IMG/VR virus record: IMGVR_UViG_3300036766_000988 | Span: 188,184-252,183 of that record | Strand: one strand, 5' to 3' | Length of the DNA stretch: 64,000 bases | In this document: positions 36,940 to 45,969 of the stretch, piece by piece | Position numbering within the stretch: position 1 is the stretch's first letter | How the letters are laid out: every line of letters begins with the position of its first letter | Notes under the pieces: model-generated | The model's database searches: none | Told to the model about the DNA's origin: nothing | What the model saw: the letters and a program-made list of their open reading frames with translations, nothing else | Program-made: the position numbers and the translations under genes

Positions 36940-37569
36940 ATGAGTCTATCGGACGCGATCTCCAGTCTCAAAATCACCCTAGGGCACTGGCAGGCACCTT
37001 CGGCTTGGGATCGGGTGAAGCAGGATGAACCCCGGGATCCTGTCGAGGGTGAATTCTTACCCGCAACAGGATCCAATGCCACCCTGACGACCCTTACCAT
37101 TACGACGCAAACAATCGGGTCGACGACTCTTCCCACGACCTTGTCCACGGACACGACTTCCTCCGTGACGTACATCACGGAGGCCATTGAGCGTGTCCGT
37201 TATCAGATGGATGGGTGGGCAGGAAACAACTTCGATCAGGGGACTGGGACGAGCGTTGACGGCAACCAACCCTCGGGTCCAACGACAGGTCCCACCCGAG
37301 CCCAAGGGATGCGTACCCAGTTCGATATTGCGTACGGCAGAAGTCGCACGCGAGTAGTGCCGCCCCAACAGGAGTACCCCTATGCGCGAAATGGCAAAGA
37401 ACGCAAGATTCTAGCGTCCATTCGGAAGCGGCTTCCTGAGCTGATCCAGAAGTTCACGAGCATCTTCGGAGCACCTGATGGCTCTTACGAATGGAACGCT
37501 CGTTTCTTTGAGTTCGTCAATCGGGCACGAGAACGAAACGCGGCCGTTTCTCACCGTCGGGCCAGATGA
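36940..37569 (+). CDS. hypothetical protein with Thr-rich segment
   Basis: ATGA overlap. Confidence 0.5.
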   Translation: MSLSDAISSLKITLGHWQAPSAWDRVKQDEPRDPVEGEFLPATGSNATLTTLTITTQTIGSTTLPTTLSTDTTSSVTYITEAIERVRYQMDGWAGNNFDQGTGTSVDGNQPSGPTTGPTRAQGMRTQFDIAYGRSRTRVVPPQQEYPYARNGKERKILASIRKRLPELIQKFTSIFGAPDGSYEWNARFFEFVNRARERNAAVSHRRAR

Positions 37570-37892
37570 CCTCTTCCTCGAACATCGAGACAGGGCGAGC
37601 CCACCAATCCGATGACGCCGAGTACTCCACGGGGATGTCCCCCCACATGGTAAACAGCCATCGGTTCTTGGGTTTCGGAGTGCTTTGCGATGAGAAGGGG
37701 GTTCCCCTGGGACTTTGAAGTTGAGCGGATCCCCCAATCGAGGGACTCGAAAGAGAGGTGTCCCACGTTGCGGAGCTGTGGGCGTGGGGCCTTGTGGTAG
37801 ACCGCCATCAGCTCCCCCGTCTCCGAGTGTTTCGCGACGAGAAGAACACAATACAACGTGCCCTTGGAATGACGGTAGTTCCCGAGGATCAT
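37517..37892 (-). pseudogene. DUF1653-family gene frameshifted at a G6 run
   Basis: YRHSKG..AKHSET..VY in one frame; the conserved WARPVSMFEEEV..RPRF C-terminus continues in another frame after 37639-37644. Confidence 0.7.
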
Positions 37893-38119
37893 GATCGGGC
37901 GCTCTTCGTCGAATCCGGCATGAGAATGAAGCGTGGCCGAGTCTCTCCATCGGGCCAGAGGACTTCTTCCTCGAACATCGCGATGGAACACACCAGGTAC
38001 TGACCGTCCCCCTTCGTATAGACGACGACCGGTTCTTGGGTCACGGCATCCTTTGCACGAACGACTGCGATGTAAATAGTCCCCTCGAAATGCTGGTAAT
38101 CCCCGCCGATTTGGATCAT
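37889..38119 (-). CDS. DUF1653-family protein
   Basis: YQHFEG..TQEPVVVY..MFEEEV..RPRF. Confidence 0.75.
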   Translation of the reverse strand: MIQIGGDYQHFEGTIYIAVVRAKDAVTQEPVVVYTKGDGQYLVCSIAMFEEEVLWPDGETRPRFILMPDSTKSARS

Positions 38120-38853
38120 GACTTTTTCCTCGCAACAATGAAGTAGCTGTGGTTGTGTCGAGAATGTTGTTGCTTCACCATCCTGGAGACGCCGGGCTTG
38201 TTGGTCGCGACGATGACGAACAAATCCTCGATGATGAAGTTGTGGGCTTCGTAGAAGTTGACTAGCTCGACGTGAGTGAGACGCTGCCGATGCGCGCACA
38301 CTTCGTCTTGGCACTTCACGATGTAGATGCCCTTGGGTCGTAGGACGCGGTGCGCTTCATGAGCGGCTTCGTAATAGAGCTGCAACACAGCATCATGCCA
38401 CTTTTTGGTTTCCCCCTCGGGCACTACGACATCGTTGTTTCGATAGCACTCGTCGAATCCAGGCATCGACTTGTAAACTGAACCCCCGCTGTGCATGTAC
38501 GGCGGATCGAACACGACAGCATCGAAGCTCTGATCCCTGTAGGGGAGTTTTCGGACATCCCATCTGGTGACCAAATCTTCATGCTCGGGCCGGGGGTTGA
38601 GATCCGAGAAGAAGGTCTCATATAGATCTACGGGGACGTTGCGCCAGAAGGCCCCTTTTCCGTAGGTGACGTCGGCGACCTGCGCTTTGGGGGCTACGTA
38701 GAGGTGTAGGATGCTAGGGAAAACGTCTCCGTTGTTCCCCACCTTGGCCGAGTAGATGAGGGGCTGCCCTCCGTTTAGAAGTTCCTTGGCTCCTTCAGGT
38801 CGAGTAACTATCGCGTCGAAGAAAGAAACGGGATCATCGTCGTCGGGGTTCAC
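38116..38853 (-). CDS. amino-(N6A/N4C) DNA methyltransferase
   Basis: Motif I DVTYGKG, motif IV FDPPY, RVLRPKG..KCQD. Confidence 0.85.
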   Translation of the reverse strand: MNPDDDDPVSFFDAIVTRPEGAKELLNGGQPLIYSAKVGNNGDVFPSILHLYVAPKAQVADVTYGKGAFWRNVPVDLYETFFSDLNPRPEHEDLVTRWDVRKLPYRDQSFDAVVFDPPYMHSGGSVYKSMPGFDECYRNNDVVVPEGETKKWHDAVLQLYYEAAHEAHRVLRPKGIYIVKCQDEVCAHRQRLTHVELVNFYEAHNFIIEDLFVIVATNKPGVSRMVKQQHSRHNHSYFIVARKKS

Positions 38854-38882
38854 GGGCCCTCATACACCGCTGCTCGAACGCA

Positions 38883-39944
38883 GTGGAGCGCGAGACGTAC
38901 GAAATTCTCTTCGGTGGTGTAGGACAGGGCATGCCCGACAGCCAAGAGGACGACGGTGATGCTCTCGCATGGCTCGAAGAGAACGTCGCAGATTTTCGAA
39001 CTAGGCCCGAACCCGTCCCGAATTTGGAAGCCGTCGAAACGGACAACCCGTTGGAAACGTTCTTCCCGCCCCCTCCCGTCGTTCTAGCGCCTGTTCTACC
39101 ATCGCTTGCGGCCTTCATCGAGCCGTGCTCTCTCGGGAACGTTGTAGGAGAGGCCGTACGAGCCGTTCTTCAGATGGTTCCTACGCTGTCATTCGAAAAC
39201 GCTTGGGTCCTTCTCTGGCGGCTTCTACTACAGATCGAGCCTCGAACCGGCTTACCGGCCATCATCGACGGCAATGATATGCAGCAGGGGAAGCCCTACT
39301 ACGAGAGGGCTCGTAGAGTTCAAGCGTTTTTTGCACAGGTGCTGGCCGTGTCCATCGAGGAGCTTCCAAACAGGATCAGTCTCCTTGTCCGAGCTGGGGT
39401 GGACGACGGAGATGAGGCCGAGCGCCTCCAGAACAACAGGAACACGACCGGCACAGGTTTCGAGGTAGTGTTGCGATGTCTTCTCGAAACTCTCAGCGGG
39501 ATCCCCTCGAATCGGATCCTTGCCAACCGTTTTCTGAACACGGTCCCTTGTTTCAGGCCATCCGAGACTTTGGATCGAAAACCCGACCTACTCGTTGTCG
39601 ACCGAGATGGGAACGTGACCCTGATGCTCACCGTGAAGTGGAGTCTTCGAGGAGACAGGAAGGATGGTCTTGTAGAAGATGCTCGCTCGTGTCGGCAAAG
39701 GATCACGACTCCGAACTTGCGGTGCGGGGTAGTCACCAACGATTTCAATCCAGGACGATTGCGTAAGTTGCTCGTAGCCCATCCCGATAGGGATCCCGAG
39801 CACCCCATCTTCGATGTCATTTATCACGTGGCGCCACACCTTCTGGCAGTTGCCCATGACATGCCCCGTGTCTTGGGGGACTTCGTGGATGAGGGGCGTC
39901 TGCGGAGCGTCGCCGACCTTTTCAGGGAGTCGAGAGTGTTGTAG
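38883..39944 (+). CDS. type II restriction endonuclease-like PD-(D/E)XK protein
   Basis: KPDLLV..TVKWSLRGDR..VVTNDFNPGRL..YHV; divergent from the MTase. Confidence 0.65.
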   Translation: MERETYEILFGGVGQGMPDSQEDDGDALAWLEENVADFRTRPEPVPNLEAVETDNPLETFFPPPPVVLAPVLPSLAAFIEPCSLGNVVGEAVRAVLQMVPTLSFENAWVLLWRLLLQIEPRTGLPAIIDGNDMQQGKPYYERARRVQAFFAQVLAVSIEELPNRISLLVRAGVDDGDEAERLQNNRNTTGTGFEVVLRCLLETLSGIPSNRILANRFLNTVPCFRPSETLDRKPDLLVVDRDGNVTLMLTVKWSLRGDRKDGLVEDARSCRQRITTPNLRCGVVTNDFNPGRLRKLLVAHPDRDPEHPIFDVIYHVAPHLLAVAHDMPRVLGDFVDEGRLRSVADLFRESRVL

Positions 39945-39946
39945 CT

Positions 39947-39978
39947 CGGGCCCCGTCAGTGGTCCCCGGCGGGGCCCG
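39947..39978. terminator. GC-rich hairpin between convergent genes
   Basis: CGGGCCCCGTC...GGCGGGGCCCG; no clear U-tract. Confidence 0.4.
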
Positions 39979-40243
39979 CACGGTACCCAGAGGCGGTCAC
40001 CCGAAGGAGGCCTGAACCCTCCCATGTGAACTCCGGCACGATGGCGGTGAAGAAGATGACAGCTTCGCGGATCACCCGCGTGGCACCGGACGTGGCAGCG
40101 GCTGTACCAGGGTTCTCGATCCCGAGCGCCTTGGCTGCCGCCCTGGGGTCGAGGATGCGATCGATGGGTTCCCGCCAGTCTTTGGGGTTGCAGACCAGGT
40201 CGAAGGCCTTCTGGTAGGCAGCGCGGTCGGTTTCGTAGCTCAT
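39956..40243 (-). CDS. hypothetical protein
   Basis: ATG 7 nt after the promoter motif. Confidence 0.65.
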   Translation of the reverse strand: MSYETDRAAYQKAFDLVCNPKDWREPIDRILDPRAAAKALGIENPGTAAATSGATRVIREAVIFFTAIVPEFTWEGSGLLRVTASGYRAGPAGDH

Positions 40244-40250
40244 GGGCCTG

Positions 40251-40316
40251 CTACGCCCGTCAAGGGACAAATTCAGCCGAAATTTAGATGCTGAACGTCC
40301 GGTTTCCAGGGCGTAG
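40251..40316. promoter_or_regulatory. divergent pair of promoter motifs
   Basis: Minus TGAAT-N16-GTAG (40251-40275); plus TGAAC-N16-GTAG (40292-40316). Confidence 0.72.
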
Positions 40317-40323
40317 TACGGGC

Positions 40324-40635
40324 ATGGCGACCTCATCCCGAGTCCAGGTTCCCTGCCCCCGCTGCGGTGGTCATGGCGTTCGTCAGAGCTGGCGTCCCGA
40401 CGCAGGCATCTGTTACCGCTGTCGCGGCAACAGGGTCGTGACCATCAACGTGGCCCGTCATCAGGCGGCCCTCTGGTTCCTCCGTGCGAAGTACGTCCGC
40501 CTTCTGCATGAGGTGCGGGCGGCAGAGGCGGCGGATCGGGATCCTTCCCTCGCGGCAGAGGCTCTCCAGTACTGCGTTCAGGATGGGCTTCGTGTTCGTG
40601 CAGATCTCGAAGCCGCAGGTGTAGAGGTAAAGTGA
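40324..40635 (+). CDS. Zn-ribbon protein
   Basis: CPRCGG..CYRCRG. Confidence 0.65.
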   Translation: MATSSRVQVPCPRCGGHGVRQSWRPDAGICYRCRGNRVVTINVARHQAALWFLRAKYVRLLHEVRAAEAADRDPSLAAEALQYCVQDGLRVRADLEAAGVEVK

Positions 40636-40844
40636 TGGGACGCGAGGCGGACAAGGAAGAAGCCCCCTTCGAGACCCTCGTCACGTTGCTGGGGTTGGAG
40701 GCTCAGTGTCCTGCCTGCAAGCGTCCGCCCGATGCGGTGAACCACGTCCCAGGGCACGTGTTCGTTGGTTGGGGGTGTGGGTGGCAACCTTGCCCCCGAT
40801 GCGGCGGAACCGAGCGCATCCCCCGAAAGTCTTCTGATACCTGA
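40632..40844 (+). CDS. small Zn-ribbon protein
   Basis: CPAC..CPRC. Confidence 0.55.
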   Translation: MMGREADKEEAPFETLVTLLGLEAQCPACKRPPDAVNHVPGHVFVGWGCGWQPCPRCGGTERIPRKSSDT

Positions 40845-40858
40845 GAAAAGAGTCCACC

Positions 40859-41131
40859 ATGGAACGCGAAGTTCACACCGTCAGGGGCTACACCGGGGAG
40901 TACGAGGACGCACGCGACTGGCCGGTTCGTGCCTTCCTGAAGAAGGACCAGGCCGACACGTTGGCGGGCCAGTTGAACGACTGGTGCAAGCAGCACAAGC
41001 TGCACACCGACGACGCGCCCGTTCAATTTGAGGCGCAAGACAGTGCGGGTAAGCCCGCGCTCGACCCCAACTTTCACACGTGCGGGCGCACCGGGGTTCG
41101 GTACTTCGTCGAGACGGTTCCGCTCGGCTGA
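40859..41131 (+). CDS. hypothetical protein
   Basis: Operon context. Confidence 0.6.
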   Translation: MEREVHTVRGYTGEYEDARDWPVRAFLKKDQADTLAGQLNDWCKQHKLHTDDAPVQFEAQDSAGKPALDPNFHTCGRTGVRYFVETVPLG

Positions 41132-41149
41132 ACGAAAGGGTGGAGATCG

Positions 41150-41404
41150 ATGAGTGTCCTGGCTTGTGGGCGAAAGCAGTGCTCCAACATCATGTGCGAG
41201 CGGTTGATCCTTGAGGGTCAGGCGTACATCTGCCCCCCATGTTGGGAAGAGCTGTTGACGTACAAGGCAACTTGGCCCGAGACGATGTCGGCGGCCGAGG
41301 TGCGTGAACGCATCGAAGACTTCATGCACAAGAGCCCTCCAGGCACGTTCTTGCTTGTGGAGAAGGCGGACATTGACGCTGAATTTGAGCGTCTGACAGG
41401 TTAG
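41150..41404 (+). CDS. Cys-rich hypothetical protein
   Basis: GGAG RBS. Confidence 0.6.
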   Translation: MSVLACGRKQCSNIMCERLILEGQAYICPPCWEELLTYKATWPETMSAAEVRERIEDFMHKSPPGTFLLVEKADIDAEFERLTG

Positions 41405-41433
41405 CTGAACGAGACCCTCACCCCGAGGTTCCC

Positions 41434-41610
41434 ATGTCCTGGCCCATCTCCCGTAGCGAGCGCACGCTCATCAAGGCGTTGCTCAAGGTCGCCCGTACCG
41501 CGTTGGTCGAGGTTCACGTGCTGGTAAAGTCCCGTACGGCCGAGAGAGACCCTGCTCAACAGGACAGCTTGGAGGAAGCGATCCGCTTGATCGATGAGCT
41601 GGTGCCGTAA
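41434..41610 (+). CDS. small hypothetical protein (58 aa, below track cutoff)
   Basis: GAGG RBS; MSWPISRSERTLIKALL...ELVP*. Confidence 0.55.
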   Translation: MSWPISRSERTLIKALLKVARTALVEVHVLVKSRTAERDPAQQDSLEEAIRLIDELVP

Positions 41611-41616
41611 CCTGAC

Positions 41617-41641
41617 TGAACCAGGCCTTCGGTTGACGTAG
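41617..41641 (+). promoter_or_regulatory. promoter motif
   Basis: TGAAC caggccttcggttgac GTAG. Confidence 0.65.
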
Positions 41642-41659
41642 TGCTTGCCAAGGAACCAT

Positions 41660-41842
41660 ATGGTCAAGAAAGAGAAGATGATCCGGTTGGTGCTGACGCA
41701 GAAGCAAGCGGAGCGCCTGGGCATCGTCCGCTGTGAGTGCGGGCATCCGCCCAACAACCACTTCGATCATGACAAACGCCCGTGCGCGCACTGCAAATGC
41801 AAGGAATACCGGCAGGTCATCAAGCTCCCACCGAAGGACTAG
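41660..41842 (+). CDS. small Cys/His Zn-binding protein
   Basis: CECGH..H..C..CKCKEY; AAGGA RBS. Confidence 0.6.
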   Translation: MVKKEKMIRLVLTQKQAERLGIVRCECGHPPNNHFDHDKRPCAHCKCKEYRQVIKLPPKD

Positions 41843-41844
41843 CC

Positions 41845-42006
41845 ATGCGGGTCGGAACGAAAGCTCAAGGTCAGAACCAGAACGCGAAGCTCGTGTCGAT
41901 CCGACACGGCCACGCCCCCCGACGTTCCTGCAACGCACAGGAGAAGGCGGCCGAGACGAAGGTGCGTCAGGCAGCCCGCAAGGCATGCCGGGAAGAGGAT
42001 TGCTGA
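41845..42006 (+). CDS. small basic protein (paralog 1)
   Basis: AAGGA RBS; ends KVRQAARKACREEDC. Confidence 0.6.
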   Translation: MRVGTKAQGQNQNAKLVSIRHGHAPRRSCNAQEKAAETKVRQAARKACREEDC

Positions 42007-42164
42007 TGCAAGTCGGACTTCGAGTTCAGGGGCCCAAGGTGCGGCACAAGATCGCCGTTCCTCGTCATCGGGTGCTCTCGCGACGATCTGCCGATGCTCT
42101 CGAACGGGCATTGGAACGGAAGGTTCGTCGTGCAGCCCGCAAGGCGTGTCAGGAGCACGAGTGA
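42006..42164 (+). CDS. small basic protein (paralog 2)
   Basis: TGATG overlap; ends KVRRAARKACQEHE. Confidence 0.6.
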   Translation: MQVGLRVQGPKVRHKIAVPRHRVLSRRSADALERALERKVRRAARKACQEHE

Positions 42165-42361
42165 TGGATCCCGAGGTCGCCAGAATCATCAACGCTTGCG
42201 GAGGGTGGCTCAAGTTCGAAGCCATCGTGCTCGAACATCGGAAGCATGGGATGGACAACGATTTCGCCGCCCGGCAGATCGTCGATGATCTCTACCGGCA
42301 AGGCCACGACTTCCAGTTCCAGCAACATCTCGTCGAAGGGATGGCTGGAAAGGTTCTGTGA
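42164..42361 (+). CDS. hypothetical protein
   Basis: TGATG overlap, AGGAG RBS. Confidence 0.6.
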   Translation: MDPEVARIINACGGWLKFEAIVLEHRKHGMDNDFAARQIVDDLYRQGHDFQFQQHLVEGMAGKVL

Positions 42362-42374
42362 TGGACTAGGCTGT

Positions 42375-42399
42375 TGAACCGTTGAGGTTCCCGGCGTAG
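42375..42399 (+). promoter_or_regulatory. promoter motif
   Basis: TGAAC cgttgaggttcccggc GTAG. Confidence 0.72.
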
Positions 42400-42421
42400 C
42401 ACTTCAAGAGGACATCATCCC

Positions 42422-42631
42422 GTGAACACCATCGTACAGAGTGATCGTGATGGACGACTGTTCGTCGAGGTGGACGACATCCGCTACACGGCCGATGATC
42501 TTCCGCCCGAGGGTACGGACGTCGAGGTCGAGCCCTATACGGGCATCAACGATTGTCGTTACGCCGACGTCACGTGGAGCGCCGAGACCCCGTCCGGCTA
42601 CTGTGACACGACGGCCGAAGAGATCTGGTGA
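42422..42631 (+). CDS. small acidic protein
   Basis: GAGG RBS after the promoter. Confidence 0.6.
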   Translation: MNTIVQSDRDGRLFVEVDDIRYTADDLPPEGTDVEVEPYTGINDCRYADVTWSAETPSGYCDTTAEEIW

Positions 42632-42635
42632 CCCA

Positions 42636-42869
42636 ATGGCAACTGAGCATCAATGGCACCCTGAGTCGCACCCTGACATCCCTTTCGGGCTGAACGGGGA
42701 GAAGCTCGTTGGCTGGGAGTGTCCGGCATGCACCCTCTTCGTCATGACCCAAGAGGGGACTACTCCGACGGACGCCCCTAGGATCTACGTTTCCTGTGGG
42801 TCCTTTGGCCCTACCCTCTGGCACCGTTGGCCCTGCACCCCAGACAACAAGTACCAGATCAGGGATTGA
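42636..42869 (+). CDS. hypothetical protein
   Basis: Operon context. Confidence 0.5.
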   Translation: MATEHQWHPESHPDIPFGLNGEKLVGWECPACTLFVMTQEGTTPTDAPRIYVSCGSFGPTLWHRWPCTPDNKYQIRD

Positions 42870-42871
42870 AC

Positions 42872-43612
42872 ATGAACACGGTATTCAGAGCTGGCCGCTG
42901 GGTGATCGGTAAGGTGTGGGAGAAGATCAACCTCCCGGCCATCTACCGCGAGCTGCGAGGCCTTGGACGCAAACACGGGAAGCGTTTCTTCTGGGCCGCG
43001 CTCATTTGGGAGCTGATCGAGGACGTGCTGTTTCCGTATCTTTCGTGGCTCGCCGGGATGCCAGAGCTGATCCCTCTCTTCCTCGTGTTGCACTTCGAGC
43101 CGATCGTCTACCCGGTCTTTTTCTGGGCTTTCCGTACGTATGACCGCGCCAAAGGCCGCGAGCCGTGGGAGCCTGATCGCTCCGCGCAGTCGAGCCACTG
43201 GCGTTCCGTCGCCAAAGTCGGGGTCTACAAGATCGCTACGCTCGGATGGTTCGTCGCCATCTTCCTCGTCTGGCACGCTACGCCGAAGATGCTCGTGCTC
43301 TACGCCATCCTGATGGCGCTCTTCGGATTCATTCACGAACGGATCTGGCACGACTCCAACTACGGGATCCTTCCGAACGATCAAGTCGAAGGCCGTCGGA
43401 TCTTCATGAAGGCCATGACCTACCGCATCGTGTCGACGATGATCTTCTATCCCTTCCTTCGCGTCTCCCTCGGGGTTGTGCCCTGGAAGCTCCTGGGGCT
43501 CTGTCAGGGGGTTGGGTTGGTTCTCTACCTCGTGCTCGAATCCGTGTGGGCTCGTTCGATGTGGGGATGCTCTCCCGTACCGCAGCTCAAGGTCAAGGAA
43601 GTGCCATGCTGA
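42872..43612 (+). CDS. membrane protein with tandem DUF2061-like repeats
   Basis: RSVAK..YKI..IHERIW and RIFMKAMTYRI..LESVW; several hydrophobic helices. Confidence 0.65.
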   Translation: MNTVFRAGRWVIGKVWEKINLPAIYRELRGLGRKHGKRFFWAALIWELIEDVLFPYLSWLAGMPELIPLFLVLHFEPIVYPVFFWAFRTYDRAKGREPWEPDRSAQSSHWRSVAKVGVYKIATLGWFVAIFLVWHATPKMLVLYAILMALFGFIHERIWHDSNYGILPNDQVEGRRIFMKAMTYRIVSTMIFYPFLRVSLGVVPWKLLGLCQGVGLVLYLVLESVWARSMWGCSPVPQLKVKEVPC

Positions 43613-43791
43613 CCGATGCAATGAAGCGTGAGATCGTGCAGTACACCCTCACCTACTCGAAAGGTCTCGTCGAGGACGACCAGGCGTGCCCCGAGGTGGT
43701 CAAGGCGTTCTATGCGGATGCCGTGACGAGTGGAGAGCTGGAAGAGTACGTCGAGAAGTGCAAGGAAACGCTCCTCAAGAATCTCCCGTGA
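43606..43791 (+). CDS. hypothetical protein
   Basis: AAGGA RBS. Confidence 0.55.
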   Translation: MLTDAMKREIVQYTLTYSKGLVEDDQACPEVVKAFYADAVTSGELEEYVEKCKETLLKNLP

Positions 43792-43796
43792 TCCCC

Positions 43797-44828
43797 ATGA
43801 AGATCTCTCTCGATACGATTGGTTTCCACACGCTCAGGGACGAGCGAGCGCGAACGTGTAGCACGACATCTCCGATGTCCTTGGCGTGCTTCATCATCAC
43901 GGGCCGCTGCAATTTTTCGTGTCCGTATTGTAACGGTCCCGCGTGTAATCGGGACTTCACGGTTGAGCAGGTGCGCGGTCTGTTGACGGATCTGCGAGGC
44001 CACCAGCTCCAAGCAGTCCGCTTTACGGGTGGGGAACCCACGCTTCACAAGGGCCTGCCCGAGATGGTTCGAATCGCCCGAGATCTGGGGATTTCGAAGA
44101 TCGCCATCTCGACGAACGGAGCAGCACGTCCCGAGCTGTACCGAGAGCTGGTTGCTGAAGGGGTCGACAACTTCTCAATCTCGGCCGACTGCCGAGATTT
44201 GGAACTGGCTGCCAAACTCTCAGGTCGACCGGGGACGTGGAATCGTGTGAAGGAGAACATCAGGATGCTCTCCGGTCTCTGCTACGTGAACACCGGAACG
44301 ACCATCACGGCCGAGAACCTTGACCAGATTCCCGACACGCTCCAATTCCTCGGAGACCTTGGAGTGGCGGATATCAAGCTGTCGACGGCAACCCAGTTCC
44401 AGGGAGCGATCCCGCTGACGTTGCTCGACAAGATCCCGCAGGCGTTGTTCGACCGCATGCCGATCCTGCGGTACCGCATCGAGCATTACCGGCAGGGACG
44501 ACCTGTTCGAGGACTTGTCGAAGGCCGAGACAGCCATCATTGCTGGTGGGTACAGGACGACATCGTGTTGACCCCCGACGGCCACTATCCGTGCATCGTC
44601 TATCCCCGCGAGAAGGGACGTCCGATCGGACCGCTCAAGACCGTCGCCGAGATGCGAGCGGCCAGGCTCACGTGGGCTCTCAGCCGAGACACCTTCGAGG
44701 ATCCGATCTGCTCTCCCTATTGCATGGACATCTTCGCCGAGTGCAACAAGCGGATCGAAGATCTCCAGGGTCTCATCCCCGTCCAAGCTCTCCGCCGCAA
44801 CAAAGCACGAAGTTTGAGTATCCTGTGA
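43797..44828 (+). CDS. radical SAM enzyme
   Basis: CNFSCPYC, FTGGEP, STNG, extra C-terminal cysteines. Confidence 0.9.
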   Translation: MKISLDTIGFHTLRDERARTCSTTSPMSLACFIITGRCNFSCPYCNGPACNRDFTVEQVRGLLTDLRGHQLQAVRFTGGEPTLHKGLPEMVRIARDLGISKIAISTNGAARPELYRELVAEGVDNFSISADCRDLELAAKLSGRPGTWNRVKENIRMLSGLCYVNTGTTITAENLDQIPDTLQFLGDLGVADIKLSTATQFQGAIPLTLLDKIPQALFDRMPILRYRIEHYRQGRPVRGLVEGRDSHHCWWVQDDIVLTPDGHYPCIVYPREKGRPIGPLKTVAEMRAARLTWALSRDTFEDPICSPYCMDIFAECNKRIEDLQGLIPVQALRRNKARSLSIL

Positions 44829-45304
44829 GGATTGTGTTCCTAGACTTCGATGGGGTGCTCAACTCGCATGCTTTCGTGGCGAGAAGACCGATCGAAGAGC
44901 ATGGAAAACACATAGGTCTCGATCCCCTAGCAATCGAACGCCTAAACCGACTGCTGCGTGAAGCCTCGGCAGAAGTTGTCGTGTCCAGTACGTGGCGACA
45001 CCGCCGCGATTGCGCGCAGCTTCAGACTGTTCTCACGGAGAAGGGTTTTGTTGGGAAGGTGTTGGGGAAGACTCCCCGGTATCTCAAGAACCGTGGTGAA
45101 GAGATCCAGGCTTGGTTGTATGACGCTCCCAATTACGGCATCGAGGTGGAGTCGTTTGTCATCCTCGACGACGACTCGGATATGGCGCACCTCATGGACC
45201 GGCTGATTAAGACGACGTTCGACGATGGGTTGCTCGACGAGCACGTGGATCGCGCTGTCACGATGCTCTGTGAGCCGCAACCGCTTCTGGTACTGCCGCA
45301 GTAG
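44825..45304 (+). CDS. HAD phosphatase of the 'Swiss Army Knife' RNA-repair type
   Basis: FLDFDGVLN, VSSTWR, RGEEIQAWL, VILDDDSDM. Confidence 0.85.
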   Translation: MRIVFLDFDGVLNSHAFVARRPIEEHGKHIGLDPLAIERLNRLLREASAEVVVSSTWRHRRDCAQLQTVLTEKGFVGKVLGKTPRYLKNRGEEIQAWLYDAPNYGIEVESFVILDDDSDMAHLMDRLIKTTFDDGLLDEHVDRAVTMLCEPQPLLVLPQ

Positions 45305-45431
45305 AACTGCTCTGTTTGACGGAGATCACCTAAACGAGCCTGTTCCCACAGTCTTCCCACAGGGTCTAGAGTGATAAACCGCTTATGGCCCGCGTGCCTA
45401 CGGACCTACTTTTCTCGGTGTAATCCGTGGG

Positions 45432-45731
45432 ATGGCGAAGCCTGTGCAGTCCGACCTTCAGGTAACCCGAGCACTGCTCTCGATGGATGTGGGGAAGCTA
45501 TCCCCAAGTGAAAAGCGCGCCTTCCAAGGGATGTACGACAACCTCATGGCAGGACAGATCATACGTCTCTCGATGCGGCAGCGAGCGTGGGCCGACGAGG
45601 TCTATGACAAGCACAATCTCGACAAGGAGCGCCCGGCGGCGAAGAAGATCGCCATTCAGGACAAGTCGCTTCTACCCACGCACCCTCTCGATCAGCTACA
45701 GAGGCCGCTCAAGCCACCGGGGAGACGGTGA
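45432..45731 (+). CDS. hypothetical protein
   Basis: GGTGTA 9 nt before ATG. Confidence 0.65.
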   Translation: MAKPVQSDLQVTRALLSMDVGKLSPSEKRAFQGMYDNLMAGQIIRLSMRQRAWADEVYDKHNLDKERPAAKKIAIQDKSLLPTHPLDQLQRPLKPPGRR

Positions 45732-45940
45732 TGGCAATGAGCGGCGTCCTCGATGAGCGCCTAGGCACTCGGGTTCCTTCAACGCTCAAGACGAGTGAGC
45801 TGATTCGACAGCTTTGCTCGTTGCAGGATCTCCTGAGAGTGGAGTGGAATCACGAGAACAGGAAGAAGCTACAGACGAGGATCCTGGCTCTGTCTGCCGA
45901 GATCGACGTGCGTCTTCCGGGGCCTCCACCGAGTTATTGA
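45728..45940 (+). CDS. hypothetical protein
   Basis: Overlap, GGAG RBS. Confidence 0.5.
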   Translation: MMAMSGVLDERLGTRVPSTLKTSELIRQLCSLQDLLRVEWNHENRKKLQTRILALSAEIDVRLPGPPPSY

Positions 45941-45969
45941 ACATAGGGCGCTTGGTGTAAACTCAGAGC

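Noticed and set aside
45340-45362. Tandem TTCCCACAG repeats as DnaA boxes or an origin
   Set aside because: Only two copies, each two mismatches from consensus, with no AT-rich unwinding region.
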